Below are positions 28,222-38,356 of a stretch of DNA of 64,000 nt, piece by piece. The notes beneath the pieces are model-generated. The model was given only the letters and a program-made list of their open reading frames with translations. It did no database searches and was not told the DNA's origin. Numbering within the stretch: position 1 is the stretch's first letter; each line of letters starts with the position of its first letter. Origin of the DNA: a virus. The position numbers were made by a program, and so were the translations under genes. Location of the stretch: the IMG/VR virus record IMGVR_UViG_3300037130_000236, one strand, 5' to 3'.

Positions 28222-29130
28222 ATGGATACTAGCCACGAAGTCCCAGCATTCGAATGCGCTACGGACGAATTTGGAACAAGGGCCAGTGTTTCAGCTCCTT
28301 CCAATACGGACGGATTGAATCCGACTATCGCGATTCTGGTCGCTCTTTGGTACAGCTTTACGGCAGCCGCAGCGATGTCGAGGGGCTTCGCCTTCCTTTA
28401 TGAACGTGGCCAGAACGACTACTACTTGGCTCAAAACCTAATGTGGACTGCTGGAATCGGGATCGGAATCGCGCTAGCAGTCAGTCTCGTCAGGAACTCG
28501 CATTTCACTGTTGGGGCGATCTCGTCAGTCATCATGTCGGGTCTCTTGCTATCGCTTCTTCTCCTGGGTCCAAGCAATGAGGTGGCTGATGTATCCCTGT
28601 TTGGATTCAGACCATCTGGAAACCAGTTCCTCATAGGGATCGCGATCCTGACTCTGATCTCGGGATTACTTGGGACTGTCGCTGGGAGCGCCCTCCGGGC
28701 CGACGAATCACTGGCGGACCCCCTGCTTGGCATTCGGCATCATCACTGGTTTTGGCTTTGGCTAGCACTCTATGCTTGGGTCGTAATTCTCCCCACTGGT
28801 GTCTACTACCTCTGGTTGGAGGTCATAAGCACGGGGTACGTGCTCATCCATCCGAGTCTCTGGTTTAATGATGCGTGGACTGAAGGCTGGACCTTGACGT
28901 TTGGTTTCGCTGGTTTCGCCGCTGCCTTTTACGGAATCGACTTGTCCATACGGAACGTGTCTGCCAAATGCAGTTCAAATGTGCGAACCCGGAAGAGGGT
29001 GCTCCTGTTCCTCTTGGGGACGCTCATCCTGGCTGGGCCAGTTGCGAATGTTCTCTTCCGTATTGCGATCAGCAGCCTTCAACACCTGCCAGATGGGATT
29101 ACGGCAAATCCGTGGTGGATCTTGCGATGA
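28222..29130 (+). CDS. Multi-pass membrane protein (cargo)
   Basis: 302 aa, about 7-8 hydrophobic helices, AGGAG RBS. Confidence 0.75.
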   Translation: MDTSHEVPAFECATDEFGTRASVSAPSNTDGLNPTIAILVALWYSFTAAAAMSRGFAFLYERGQNDYYLAQNLMWTAGIGIGIALAVSLVRNSHFTVGAISSVIMSGLLLSLLLLGPSNEVADVSLFGFRPSGNQFLIGIAILTLISGLLGTVAGSALRADESLADPLLGIRHHHWFWLWLALYAWVVILPTGVYYLWLEVISTGYVLIHPSLWFNDAWTEGWTLTFGFAGFAAAFYGIDLSIRNVSAKCSSNVRTRKRVLLFLLGTLILAGPVANVLFRIAISSLQHLPDGITANPWWILR

Positions 29131-29149
29131 ATAGCTGTGTTGCGCATCG

Positions 29150-29485
29150 TTGGAAGGTGCAGCCTTGAATGCCAGGAGACGCCAAGAAACTCTCCTAACT
29201 GTACTCGGTGCGGCCATGCTGCTTGTGGCGGCATTCGGCAAGTACCCCTACGGCTTTTACATGGTGCTTCGCCTAGTCGTCACGGTTGGCGCCATTTATT
29301 GGGCGTGGAGAGTGTATCAGGCAGGACTGCGGGGCTGGACTTGGGCATTTGTTGCCGTGGCGCTGCTCCTGAACCCGTTTTTGCCGATCCGGATGCAGCG
29401 CGCGCAGTGGCAACCAATCGATCTATGGCTTGGCATTCTCCTCCTCGGCTGGTCCACGTATTGGCTCGTCCGCAAACCTGAATAG
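29150..29485 (+). CDS. DUF6804-like small membrane protein (cargo)
   Basis: PYGFYMVLRLVV..ALLLNPFLPI....WQPID pattern; start uncertain. Confidence 0.7.
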   Translation: MEGAALNARRRQETLLTVLGAAMLLVAAFGKYPYGFYMVLRLVVTVGAIYWAWRVYQAGLRGWTWAFVAVALLLNPFLPIRMQRAQWQPIDLWLGILLLGWSTYWLVRKPE

Positions 29486-29544
29486 TACCTGGAGGCTTCG
29501 CCTGCTTCTCACCATCGGTCAGATGATGTGCAGCGTAAATCGAA

Positions 29545-30576
29545 TTGCAGACCTACGGAAGTAGTGGAATACTGAATACGGTGACTAAAACACAGCTAAT
29601 TCTACTGCAAAGCGCTTGCGACGATTTGAAGAAAAAGATCGTCCAGGAAGGCCCTATTGCGTTACGCGGCACCGCCTCTGTGATTCTAGCTCCGCCGCCC
29701 AAGTTACTTTCTGACGCTGGAAGGGTTCATTTACGGAGGGGGGTTATTGAGGTAATTGAGAGGTGTACGATTGCGGTATTGTGCACGTACGATGATGGCA
29801 CCATCGCCGGCGAAACAGTTCACCACCAACTCAACATTGTTGCCATCGCGCTTCAATTGGTGAAGCCAACGTGTTCCTTCTTGGATTTATGGCTGCGGCT
29901 TGACGGCGAGAATTTGACCGAAATGGTATCGAGGCCTGTTTCTGACCTCGATCGATTCCAGCCAGTCCCGTATTTGCAATATCAACAGCACCATTGCATC
30001 ACCGAATCTGACCTTCGGCGAGCTGTCGGTCTGGTCCCTGGCCTGTCGAAGGCTCTAGACCGAGCGTACGGCTCTTGGGATCACCCGGTGCTTCCGATAC
30101 ACCGTGCCGTGATGTTCTTCTGTCAAGGCTACACAGTTACTCCGCACGAGCCGCGCCAATTTCTATGGGCGGCAGGACTCGACTGCCTGTTTGCTTCGAA
30201 GGTTGATAAAAAGAAGCAGGTATCATCGGAGATTGCCCGCCGGATGCAAATCCTTCTTGGGCCGAAATTGAAACTATATGAAGCTGATACAGTTTCCGTC
30301 CCAATACATCAAACAACACGTATCCACAAGGAACTGCAGACTGTAAGCAACGACATATTCAAACTACGGAATGCGTTTGCGCATGGAAAGCCAATACCTG
30401 ATAACGCTTGGCTTGCTAATAGAGGACAGCCAGAGGAGTCCTCGTATGCTTATCAGTTGGTGGAACAGACGGAAATATCCCTGCGTCTAACCCTGTTACG
30501 CATTCTGGAGAATCCGACGCTCTTCGCTACATTTTCTGATTCAAGCAAGCTGGATTCATACTTCGCAATTCCATAG
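29545..30576 (+). CDS. HEPN-domain protein (Apea-like), putative RNase/defence effector
   Basis: QFLWAAGLDCLF helix and C-terminal Rx4H motif (LRNAFAHG, 30367-30384); start uncertain. Confidence 0.65.
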   Translation: MQTYGSSGILNTVTKTQLILLQSACDDLKKKIVQEGPIALRGTASVILAPPPKLLSDAGRVHLRRGVIEVIERCTIAVLCTYDDGTIAGETVHHQLNIVAIALQLVKPTCSFLDLWLRLDGENLTEMVSRPVSDLDRFQPVPYLQYQQHHCITESDLRRAVGLVPGLSKALDRAYGSWDHPVLPIHRAVMFFCQGYTVTPHEPRQFLWAAGLDCLFASKVDKKKQVSSEIARRMQILLGPKLKLYEADTVSVPIHQTTRIHKELQTVSNDIFKLRNAFAHGKPIPDNAWLANRGQPEESSYAYQLVEQTEISLRLTLLRILENPTLFATFSDSSKLDSYFAIP

Positions 30577-30739
30577 CCGTGCATACCCTGAACTCTTGCG
30601 CAGGGTCGGGTAAGCTGATCCGCTGCGCGCGCCGAATGTTATCTCCTGTCCAAGCCCAGCCAATCTTTTTGCTGCCCAATACGTTTAACATTACCTTCAA
30701 CCTCGAATCAGGAAGGCCGAAAACACCCGCAGTGACTCT

Positions 30740-32419
30740 TCAGATATCTACATCTTGAAAATCGCCAGCTTCGTCAAATTGGTACGGAATGACAAGCTTC
30801 CCGCCGCTGTCAATGTAGCCATATTTTCGGTCTCTTCGATGATGGACTTGCCCACCTTTGTCCTGGAGCACGCGCCAATGTTCTTGCCCGGACTCGCTCA
30901 CGACTGCGACGCCATTGGCAAACCCACCCGTGGAATCAAATTGCGGCTCAATAACCGCCCTACCTTCGATGTCGATAAAACCCACCTTCTCATTTGGATA
31001 TGTTCCGACCATGATCGAGGCGAGGCCATCCTTAAATCCATAAGCATCCATCCAGTTCGGGTTTAGTCCTGGGATGCTTTCACCGACGACGGCACCATCC
31101 CTATCGATCATCCTCCAACCAACATCTTTCACAAGGGCAACGGCCCTCCCGTTTTTGAAAGGCGTGGCCTGGACAAACTGCGGAGCGATCTTCACTTGTC
31201 CTTTTGCATCCACAAATCCATACGCTTTCCAGGCCGGATAGCCATCAACGAACGTATGCCAGTTTTCAGGTATAGTGCGTTCTACCATGCCCAAGCCTCC
31301 ACTGAACGGGGCGGCGGCATTTAGAAAGTGATCTTGGCTCTCGATAATGGACTTCCCGTCTGAATCGAGGAAAATCCCTCGCGCTGGATCGCAGTATTCA
31401 TGAGTGCATGAGCTACATTCTATGCAAACTCGGTGACCTTCACCTTCATCCGAGGAGACCAGTCTCAGGTGCTCGCACTCGTCAGTATAGATTCTTCTTC
31501 TGAGGGTCACAAAAGCAATATCGTCGACAAAATCCCCTAAGCCCTTTCTTCCCATGTTCGTATTCTCTTCAATCTTCTTGCACCGGTAAATAGAGTCACC
31601 CACCGTATTGATATATCCGACATGATCCGCCAAATCGTAGACTCTTGCCCGCCCGCAATGGAAACCATCTGCACGGGCGAATTGTGGCTCTATCGCAAAA
31701 GAGCCATTGCTATCAATGTATCCATACCTGCCAGCAATCTCTGCCGCAGGGGCCAATCCCTCAGAATATTCGCCCAGATAATAGAGACGGGGCTGAATGA
31801 CAAAGTCGCCCTCCGCGTTAATAAGCCCATACTTCCCATCCAGATATACCTGGCATAGATCGCCTTGGAAATCCCTCACTCCGTCAAATCGAGGCTCGAT
31901 GACAAACTCTCCGCTTCGGTCGATGAATCCCCATTTTCCATGAAGCCTTACTCCAGCCAATCCCTCGCGAAACAGGCGTACAAACTCAAATCGTGCGGCG
32001 GAAATGGGTTTTCCAGAAGAGTCGAGAAATCCCCATGAGCAAGGATCGGCAACAAGCCCTGGCCCAAAGTCATCTGTGTACAAGATGTAGCGGTGCTCAT
32101 GCCAAAGGATATTGTTTTCCTTATAGAACTGGTCCGAGCTCCTTGCCCCACCGATCCAATCACAAAACGCTGCCCTGCCTTCGCTGAAGTCGTGTAAACC
32201 ATGAAAGACCGGCTCGGAAACAAAGGTCCCTTGTATATCTATCAGGCCCCACTTTCCATGGAACTTAACTCTGGCAAGGCAACGGGGCTCCTTCTTTCGC
32301 AGCAGGAGGCTTGAAGCCTCCCTACGCCCCCGCGCGATCAGGCTTGCACCTGCCTCCGAAAGAACGAGGGAAGTGCTGTCAGGCTTCGGCAGGCGCAGGA
32401 GTTCCGTCTTATCGGCCAC
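30740..32419 (-). CDS. WG-repeat (KWG) protein
   Basis: Many FSEGLA.V...GKWGFID..G.FVIEP.F repeats. Confidence 0.9.
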   Translation of the reverse strand: MADKTELLRLPKPDSTSLVLSEAGASLIARGRREASSLLLRKKEPRCLARVKFHGKWGLIDIQGTFVSEPVFHGLHDFSEGRAAFCDWIGGARSSDQFYKENNILWHEHRYILYTDDFGPGLVADPCSWGFLDSSGKPISAARFEFVRLFREGLAGVRLHGKWGFIDRSGEFVIEPRFDGVRDFQGDLCQVYLDGKYGLINAEGDFVIQPRLYYLGEYSEGLAPAAEIAGRYGYIDSNGSFAIEPQFARADGFHCGRARVYDLADHVGYINTVGDSIYRCKKIEENTNMGRKGLGDFVDDIAFVTLRRRIYTDECEHLRLVSSDEGEGHRVCIECSSCTHEYCDPARGIFLDSDGKSIIESQDHFLNAAAPFSGGLGMVERTIPENWHTFVDGYPAWKAYGFVDAKGQVKIAPQFVQATPFKNGRAVALVKDVGWRMIDRDGAVVGESIPGLNPNWMDAYGFKDGLASIMVGTYPNEKVGFIDIEGRAVIEPQFDSTGGFANGVAVVSESGQEHWRVLQDKGGQVHHRRDRKYGYIDSGGKLVIPYQFDEAGDFQDVDI

Positions 32420-33191
32420 GCTGTTTCACCCCCGTAGCCCTGGTCTCATGCTCCCTTTTCGCATCGCCTATCTTCTCGCGTACCGTTGCGGCTATTTCAG
32501 CCAATAGATCGCGATTCTCATGCCGTGCGAGCTCAACGCCTTGCTGGAGGAGTGCAATCTCACTGCCCCGCAGAGCAACCAACTCCCGTTCTATGGCAGT
32601 TATACGGTCCCTAACCTGTTTCAACTGACGCAATACGCGGATCAGGTCAGCGCCGACGCCGGAACCCTGCACGGCATCAGGGCTGGCATCAAGGCCGGCG
32701 AGAATGCGCCGGAGTGCATCTTCGTCCCCGGCCACATACGCGGCATTGACTTCCTTCATCAGTCGCTCGCGCCGCGCGCGGTCCTTTTCATCGGTCGCGG
32801 TGTCCGGGTGAACCCGTTTAGCGGCCTCGTAATAGAGTTTCTTCAAGGCGGGAGACGGCGTAAAGGGCTGAACCTCCGCCGCCTCACCGTGGGCCGCCGA
32901 ATAGGCCTCCTCAGCCTGCGTGCGCGCCTCCGCTGCTGCGGCTTTTGCCTCGGCTGTGCCGGTCTGCTCAGCGTGGAGCTCGGCAAGGTGTGCATTCCAC
33001 TCGTCGAGTTCTGCGTAAAGTACGCCTACCCGGCGAAGATACAAGCCCTCAAAAGCTGCCAGTTCCGCTTTGAGGCTGGCCAGCAAAAGCTCTTGATCTG
33101 CAAGTTGCGCTTCGAGCCGCGCTAGTTCTTCTCGCTTGGCTGCAAGCTCTTCCTCTTCCGGCGTGAGTCGGCGCACTAGCTCTGTTTTCAT
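32409..33191 (-). CDS. J-domain (DnaJ-like) protein flanked by coiled coils
   Basis: LKKLYYEAAKRVHPD...MKEVNAAY; HPD at 32802-32810. Confidence 0.8.
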   Translation of the reverse strand: MKTELVRRLTPEEEELAAKREELARLEAQLADQELLLASLKAELAAFEGLYLRRVGVLYAELDEWNAHLAELHAEQTGTAEAKAAAAEARTQAEEAYSAAHGEAAEVQPFTPSPALKKLYYEAAKRVHPDTATDEKDRARRERLMKEVNAAYVAGDEDALRRILAGLDASPDAVQGSGVGADLIRVLRQLKQVRDRITAIERELVALRGSEIALLQQGVELARHENRDLLAEIAATVREKIGDAKREHETRATGVKQRGR

Positions 33192-33284
33192 GAGAATTTC
33201 GGAATCCTCGGTTGGGGTTATTTTACAGCCTTGCTCCGCTGATCAGCTCCTCCGACCGTCGAACCTTTGGTGCAAGGACATGGG

Positions 33285-33297
33285 TTCCTATACTAGA
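33285..33297 (+). promoter_or_regulatory. Putative late-promoter motif TTCCTATACTAGA
   Basis: Same core as 4128/6821; 5 nt before ATG 33303, at the right edge of the cargo island. Confidence 0.6.
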
Positions 33298-33302
33298 GAG
33301 AA

Positions 33303-33905
33303 ATGAAGCCCGATACCAGCACTCCCAATCCGGTTCATCTGGCGATCGTGAGTCCGTGCTCGTCCTGTCAGAACCAACTGACTGTTAGTCAGAACGGGAT
33401 GCCGGCATGCCCGCGGCGCGTCGCTCAACAGAACATTCAGTACATGCAGAGCGCCGGCATCGACACGACCGGCGTCCAGCATCTGGCGCTGTACGGCACG
33501 GAAGGCGCCGCGCAGGCGGGCAACGGTTCCTATCTTAACCCCGTCTATTCAGATAGATTGCACGCCATTCTAATCTGGATTGCCCTTCTCGAGGACAACG
33601 GCGGCGTGTTGGACAGCCAGGGGAATCAGCTCTGTCCGAACCTCCTCGACCCCAGCTTCAACACATCCTACATCCAGTGCCATTCGCTCCCGGTTACGAC
33701 CCGTGACAACGAAGCGGTCTATTTCCAGAAGGGGGCGTTCGCGGCGAACGACCAACTGGAAGTGACCCTTTCGGCGCGGCAACAGATGACGACGGATGGC
33801 AGCGCGCTTCCGGTCTTGATCGATGGCTTTGCCCAGAAGGTCAACTTCATCTTCAACCACCCGAGGACACCCCTGAATAAGGACCTCTGTCCCGCAGGCT
33901 GCTGA
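33303..33905 (+). CDS. Hypothetical baseplate-region protein (Cys-rich N-terminus)
   Basis: 200-aa ORF where the spike/gpV gene is expected. Confidence 0.6.
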   Translation: MKPDTSTPNPVHLAIVSPCSSCQNQLTVSQNGMPACPRRVAQQNIQYMQSAGIDTTGVQHLALYGTEGAAQAGNGSYLNPVYSDRLHAILIWIALLEDNGGVLDSQGNQLCPNLLDPSFNTSYIQCHSLPVTTRDNEAVYFQKGAFAANDQLEVTLSARQQMTTDGSALPVLIDGFAQKVNFIFNHPRTPLNKDLCPAGC

Positions 33906-33912
33906 ACTTTCA

Positions 33913-34485
33913 ATGCGAATACACCGAAAGAACGATTCTGAGAAATACTGCCCCGGATGCGAGACGGTCCTCGGTGTTGGATCGTTCAACAAAAAGGGTA
34001 TTGGAAAGAAAGGACAGCAACTGTTTTCCAGCTACTGCAAGTCTTGTCTGAGTGACAAAACAAGTGAATGGGTGAGGCCCAGTCGTGAACAGAATAGGCA
34101 GTATCGAAAGCAGTGGCTTAACACTTCGGAGACGGCTCGTAAATCCATTACAGAAGAACGGCAAAGAAGGCGAAAACGAGACCCTGATCGCACGAAACAG
34201 ACAGATCTGAAGAGCGATCTCAAGAAGTATGACCTGACATTGCAGTCATTTATTGACATGAATGATTTGCAAGAAGGCGTCTGTGCCATTTGCAAAGAGC
34301 CTCCGGCAAAAGGTAGGCGCTTGTGCATTGATCATGACCATGCGATAGCTGATCACATTTATGTACGTGGTCTGCTTTGTAACATATGCAACGTACTTCT
34401 TGGGATGGCTAAGGATAACGTTGAGATACTCCGGGCCGCTATCGCCTACTTGCAGCAAACCATGATTCTTTCTGAGGCAGTGTAA
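33913..34485 (+). CDS. Endonuclease VII-family homing endonuclease
   Basis: QEGVCAIC..LCIDHDH..VRGLLCNICNVLLG..KDN motif; AT-richer than neighbours. Confidence 0.9.
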   Translation: MRIHRKNDSEKYCPGCETVLGVGSFNKKGIGKKGQQLFSSYCKSCLSDKTSEWVRPSREQNRQYRKQWLNTSETARKSITEERQRRRKRDPDRTKQTDLKSDLKKYDLTLQSFIDMNDLQEGVCAICKEPPAKGRRLCIDHDHAIADHIYVRGLLCNICNVLLGMAKDNVEILRAAIAYLQQTMILSEAV

Positions 34486-34883
34486 TGTCCAGCCAGCCTC
34501 TCGTCTACGATCTGGAAAACCAGGATGGCACCTACGAGCTCCAGCCGAAGTCGCTTTATGCCGGGGACTCGTATCAGGGCCAGCCGTCCGTCGCTGTTAC
34601 CGAGGATGAGATCATCCTGGCCGGCGACTCGAACAACGTCATCCGGGTTGATCCGGACTTCGGTGTTCTGCTTTCCGGGAATCTGAGCCTGTCGGCGATG
34701 CCTCAACAGGTCTCCTTCGGGGGAGGCTACTACCGTCTCAACCCACTGCTTCTGACATGCCTCCCCTCCACCACCCCCACTCCCATTCCCACGCTGGTCA
34801 AGGACACTCCCAATCTCCTGACCGGCAGTGACACGCTGACTTCCTGCATGTCCTTTCTGACCAGCAATTCGGATGCCGCCTAA
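34485..34883 (+). CDS. Hypothetical baseplate (spike-associated) protein
   Basis: 132 aa, TAATG-coupled on both sides. Confidence 0.6.
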   Translation: MSSQPLVYDLENQDGTYELQPKSLYAGDSYQGQPSVAVTEDEIILAGDSNNVIRVDPDFGVLLSGNLSLSAMPQQVSFGGGYYRLNPLLLTCLPSTTPTPIPTLVKDTPNLLTGSDTLTSCMSFLTSNSDAA

Positions 34884-35254
34884 TGGCCGTTGACTTTCGA
34901 TGGATGTCTCGGGGCGGCGTGCTGCTCGACAGCACCGGCGATGTGTCGTTCACACAGTCGCCTTGGGAATGCCTGCGCAGCATGGCGAACTCACGCCTCA
35001 AGGCGGCCTTCGACGGCTGGAAGAGCTACCAGATCGGGGCGGACCTGGAGAACGTGATCGGATCGACAGTCGCGGCCGAGTTGGAAACCACGATTCAACG
35101 CCAAGTGGAGTCGTCCATGAGCCAGGATTTCCTGCCTATGGGTTCCTTTACGGTCAGCACATTGAAGGTGGGCAACCAAGCCTACCAGGTCTTCGTTTTC
35201 ATCCAGAACCAGTTGGTGGCAAGCACCACGGTAAGCACTCCGGCGAGCACATAA
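34883..35254 (+). CDS. Baseplate wedge gp25/gpW-like protein
   Basis: GDVSF..RL....GW..YQIGADLENVIG pattern; directly before the J-like gene. Confidence 0.7.
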   Translation: MAVDFRWMSRGGVLLDSTGDVSFTQSPWECLRSMANSRLKAAFDGWKSYQIGADLENVIGSTVAAELETTIQRQVESSMSQDFLPMGSFTVSTLKVGNQAYQVFVFIQNQLVASTTVSTPAST

Positions 35255-35258
35255 ACCG

Positions 35259-36461
35259 ATGATCCAGACACCCAGTACCGCATCAACCTACCAGGCCAAC
35301 ATTCTGGCGTCTCTCCAGTTGACCGGCATCACCAACACGTCTCCGGGCGCCAAGGCGCGCGCCTTCACCGATGCCGTGGGAGACCAGATTGGCCAGTCGG
35401 AGGCCAACAGCTTCACATCGATCGCGCAGACATTGCTGCCCTATGCCACTGGATCGAATCTGGATTTCATTGGCCAGATGTTCGGCATTCCCAGGTTGCA
35501 GGCATCCGATGTGAGCAGCTCGGCTCTGGACAACAACTTCGAGTTCTACGTTGCGCGCGGGACTTTCGGAACAATCAACAACGGCCAGGACATCACGATT
35601 CCTGCCGGCACTCAGATCTACACGGTACAGGGCCTCAGAGGGCAGGTAGTTTTGACCTCCAACCCGGTGACCTGCAAGGCTTCCCAGTCGAGCGCCCCGT
35701 TTGCGGTTACGAATCTTCAGTCGGCATCAGCCGGCAATGCCGCGGCCGGCGTGTTCACAAACAGCAACTTCACCAACTATGCCGATTCCGCATACGGCTC
35801 ACTCCTGGTGACCAACAACTATGGATTGATCGGAGGCCGCGATGTTGAAACCGACGACGACTATCGCTATCGCATCAACCTCTGGATCCAATCCAAAGGC
35901 GGCGCCGCCGAAGCGGACCTTCGTCTCGCGGTTCTTGTACTCCCTGGAATCCAGGATCTTGATTTTGTGCGACAGGCTGGCACCTTCCTCTGCTACGTCT
36001 ACGGCATCTCGCCGGTAGTTCCGCCGTCGCTCATCAATCTGGTTCAGGGTACGCTCGACAACCTCACTTCTTATCCGCTCTCGGGTACTGCGACTTCGCC
36101 AGCTTTGGTAGGCATCTCCTTCTCGACGACACTTACATTTATCAGCAGTGCGAACTCGTCCGATCAGCAGAACGCGATCGCCAACGCAATGTCCGCAGCG
36201 CAGAGCTACATCAACAACCTGGCCATGGGCCAGGAGTTTGTCATCAATCAGCTGGCGGATCAGGTTCAGAACGCCGACCCGAACATCCTGGACATCGGGT
36301 CTCCGGACCAGCCCATCAACGAGATCTTCATTTGGCGCAGCCGCGACGACGGTACGCGCTACTCTCGCTACCTGGTGGCGGATTACACCCCGGCAACAGG
36401 CGAACGCATCGTGGTTGAAACCTCCATCTCGAATCCGATCGTTCTGACTTCCGCGTCGTAA
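35259..36461 (+). CDS. Baseplate J-like protein
   Basis: PGAKARAF..ATGSNLDFIGQMFGIPR..GGRDVETDDDYRYRI. Confidence 0.9.
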   Translation: MIQTPSTASTYQANILASLQLTGITNTSPGAKARAFTDAVGDQIGQSEANSFTSIAQTLLPYATGSNLDFIGQMFGIPRLQASDVSSSALDNNFEFYVARGTFGTINNGQDITIPAGTQIYTVQGLRGQVVLTSNPVTCKASQSSAPFAVTNLQSASAGNAAAGVFTNSNFTNYADSAYGSLLVTNNYGLIGGRDVETDDDYRYRINLWIQSKGGAAEADLRLAVLVLPGIQDLDFVRQAGTFLCYVYGISPVVPPSLINLVQGTLDNLTSYPLSGTATSPALVGISFSTTLTFISSANSSDQQNAIANAMSAAQSYINNLAMGQEFVINQLADQVQNADPNILDIGSPDQPINEIFIWRSRDDGTRYSRYLVADYTPATGERIVVETSISNPIVLTSAS

Positions 36462-36472
36462 TCAGGAACCCT

Positions 36473-38353
36473 ATGCCGGCCACACTTGTCTCGATCGCAG
36501 TTTCCGGACCACAGACGGCCCTGTCGATTTCAAGTCAGGAGCAGTTGACGGCCACCGCTACCTATAGCGATGGGTCGGCGCTCAATGTGACGGCGCTTTG
36601 CACCTGGTCAACGAACACTGCATGCCTGTCGGTCACCAGCGGCGGCGCGGTCATCGCAGTCCGAGCGCCCAATCCTCAGACCAACGGAGCGCGGCCGCAG
36701 TTCACCACGACGGTATCTGCCACACTGAACGGGATCACAGGCACGATGGCGATCTCGATCGTGGTGGGTACAACTGCGGCGGCCACACCTGTTCTGCCCT
36801 CTTACCGATCCCATCGGACTCAGGTTCTGCTGAACTACTTCGACATCACTGACCGGCGCGTCCGCGAAGAGCCCTACACAATCGATGCGCAACTCTTGAA
36901 CACGGCGGCCATCGCTCTTGACGACAGCCAGCAGCGCATTGCACGGGAGATCGCTTCGCGCACTTTGGCGACATGCCCGACGGGGATCGACAACCGCGGC
37001 GTTTACTACATGGTGAAGCTGCCGAGTGACTTTCCCTTGGCGCCAGGCCAGACCCTCTTGAATCAGGTGATCGGAACCCTCATTTCTGGTTCGACCTCAC
37101 AGAACATTGCCGTCCAACCGTACGATGACAGACTGCCGGTTCCGACCGGCTACATTGCAGATCCTTCGCAGGCCCAGGTTGCCATGGCCTGTCCGGTCCT
37201 CTTCGACGTGACCGGCAGCGGCGACTCTGCGGTGAGCATCTGGAATCCCCAGACTCTTGGACCGTTCTCCCTGCCCATTCCGAACATCCTGACCTTCTGG
37301 GTCGAAGGCGTCCAAGGCAGCCAGATGTCGCTCAGCATCTTTGTGCAGGGCGAGGAATATCCTTTGCCCGTCTGGGCCGACCAGCAGGAAGGCGCCAGCG
37401 AGACGATTACCGCGTCGAACGAGGGCGTCTTCACCGGTATCAAAACCTGGCAGAACATCTCCAGCATCATCGTCCGCGGGCTTCCCGCCGGCGTCAGACT
37501 GCGCTGCTGGCAGATGCCGTTCAACCTTCCGGCAGTCCCAGACAGCACGCGGCCGTACACTCATCCCATTTTCCGGGATACGTTGTTCGACAGGTACTGG
37601 CTCATCTCGACAGGCGAGAAGCTGCTCAAAGAGCTGTACATGATGGACAACTTCAGCACCCTCGAATACATCCAGTCCTACGCCATGACCACGCCTCTGG
37701 GCGCGATCGCTGTGGAACCGAACACCTGGGGCATGCTGGGAGCGGCAGGAACGAGCCTCATTTACTGGGATAGGCGTGAGCCACTTCCTGGCCAGCTCTC
37801 CGCGCCGGCGATGACGACCGAACCTCTGTATGGACTCAACGTCAAGTACGACATCTCCAAGCCAGGAGCGATTCGGTACGCGATCCTGCTGCCGGTGCCT
37901 TACGGCTCCGCATCAACGGCTTCCAACTGGCGCTACCTCGTCATGACTCCTGACGGCAACTTTCAAGTCCTGCTTCCGGATGGAATGCTCGTTGCGTATT
38001 CGGGAAGCGCAGGATGGCAATCCGGGACACTTTCGACCCCAGCACCAGTTTCTCTGGCTCTGACCATGATTGGGACTTATCTCCTGATGCTGGAGTGCAC
38101 GGGAAACGGCCAGACAGCTACTGCCGATGAAGTTCCCTATCCGAACCTTGCAACTCCAGTCATCAACACCTACGACCTTTCCAACATCGTGCCCGCGATT
38201 CAAGGCATTGCTTATGACGTGATGGGAAGGCTCTGGTTGTGGACTGGCAGCAATGCAGTCGCAGTCAAGCCGAGATACGACGGATACATTCTCGATCCGA
38301 ATAGTCTGGCCATCTATCTGACCGACACCTACGACAGCGTTTCGTTTGAGTAA
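36473..38353 (+). CDS. Baseplate/tail protein with N-terminal Big_2 Ig domain
   Basis: LVSIAVS..QLTATATYSDGS..VT..CTWS Big_2 signature. Confidence 0.7.
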   Translation: MPATLVSIAVSGPQTALSISSQEQLTATATYSDGSALNVTALCTWSTNTACLSVTSGGAVIAVRAPNPQTNGARPQFTTTVSATLNGITGTMAISIVVGTTAAATPVLPSYRSHRTQVLLNYFDITDRRVREEPYTIDAQLLNTAAIALDDSQQRIAREIASRTLATCPTGIDNRGVYYMVKLPSDFPLAPGQTLLNQVIGTLISGSTSQNIAVQPYDDRLPVPTGYIADPSQAQVAMACPVLFDVTGSGDSAVSIWNPQTLGPFSLPIPNILTFWVEGVQGSQMSLSIFVQGEEYPLPVWADQQEGASETITASNEGVFTGIKTWQNISSIIVRGLPAGVRLRCWQMPFNLPAVPDSTRPYTHPIFRDTLFDRYWLISTGEKLLKELYMMDNFSTLEYIQSYAMTTPLGAIAVEPNTWGMLGAAGTSLIYWDRREPLPGQLSAPAMTTEPLYGLNVKYDISKPGAIRYAILLPVPYGSASTASNWRYLVMTPDGNFQVLLPDGMLVAYSGSAGWQSGTLSTPAPVSLALTMIGTYLLMLECTGNGQTATADEVPYPNLATPVINTYDLSNIVPAIQGIAYDVMGRLWLWTGSNAVAVKPRYDGYILDPNSLAIYLTDTYDSVSFE

Positions 38354-38356
38354 CCA

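Noticed and set aside
33303-34883. Group I intron carrying the EndoVII gene and splitting one baseplate gene
   Set aside because: Flanking gaps are 7 nt and -1 nt, leaving no room for an intron core; the same applies to the other endonucleases.
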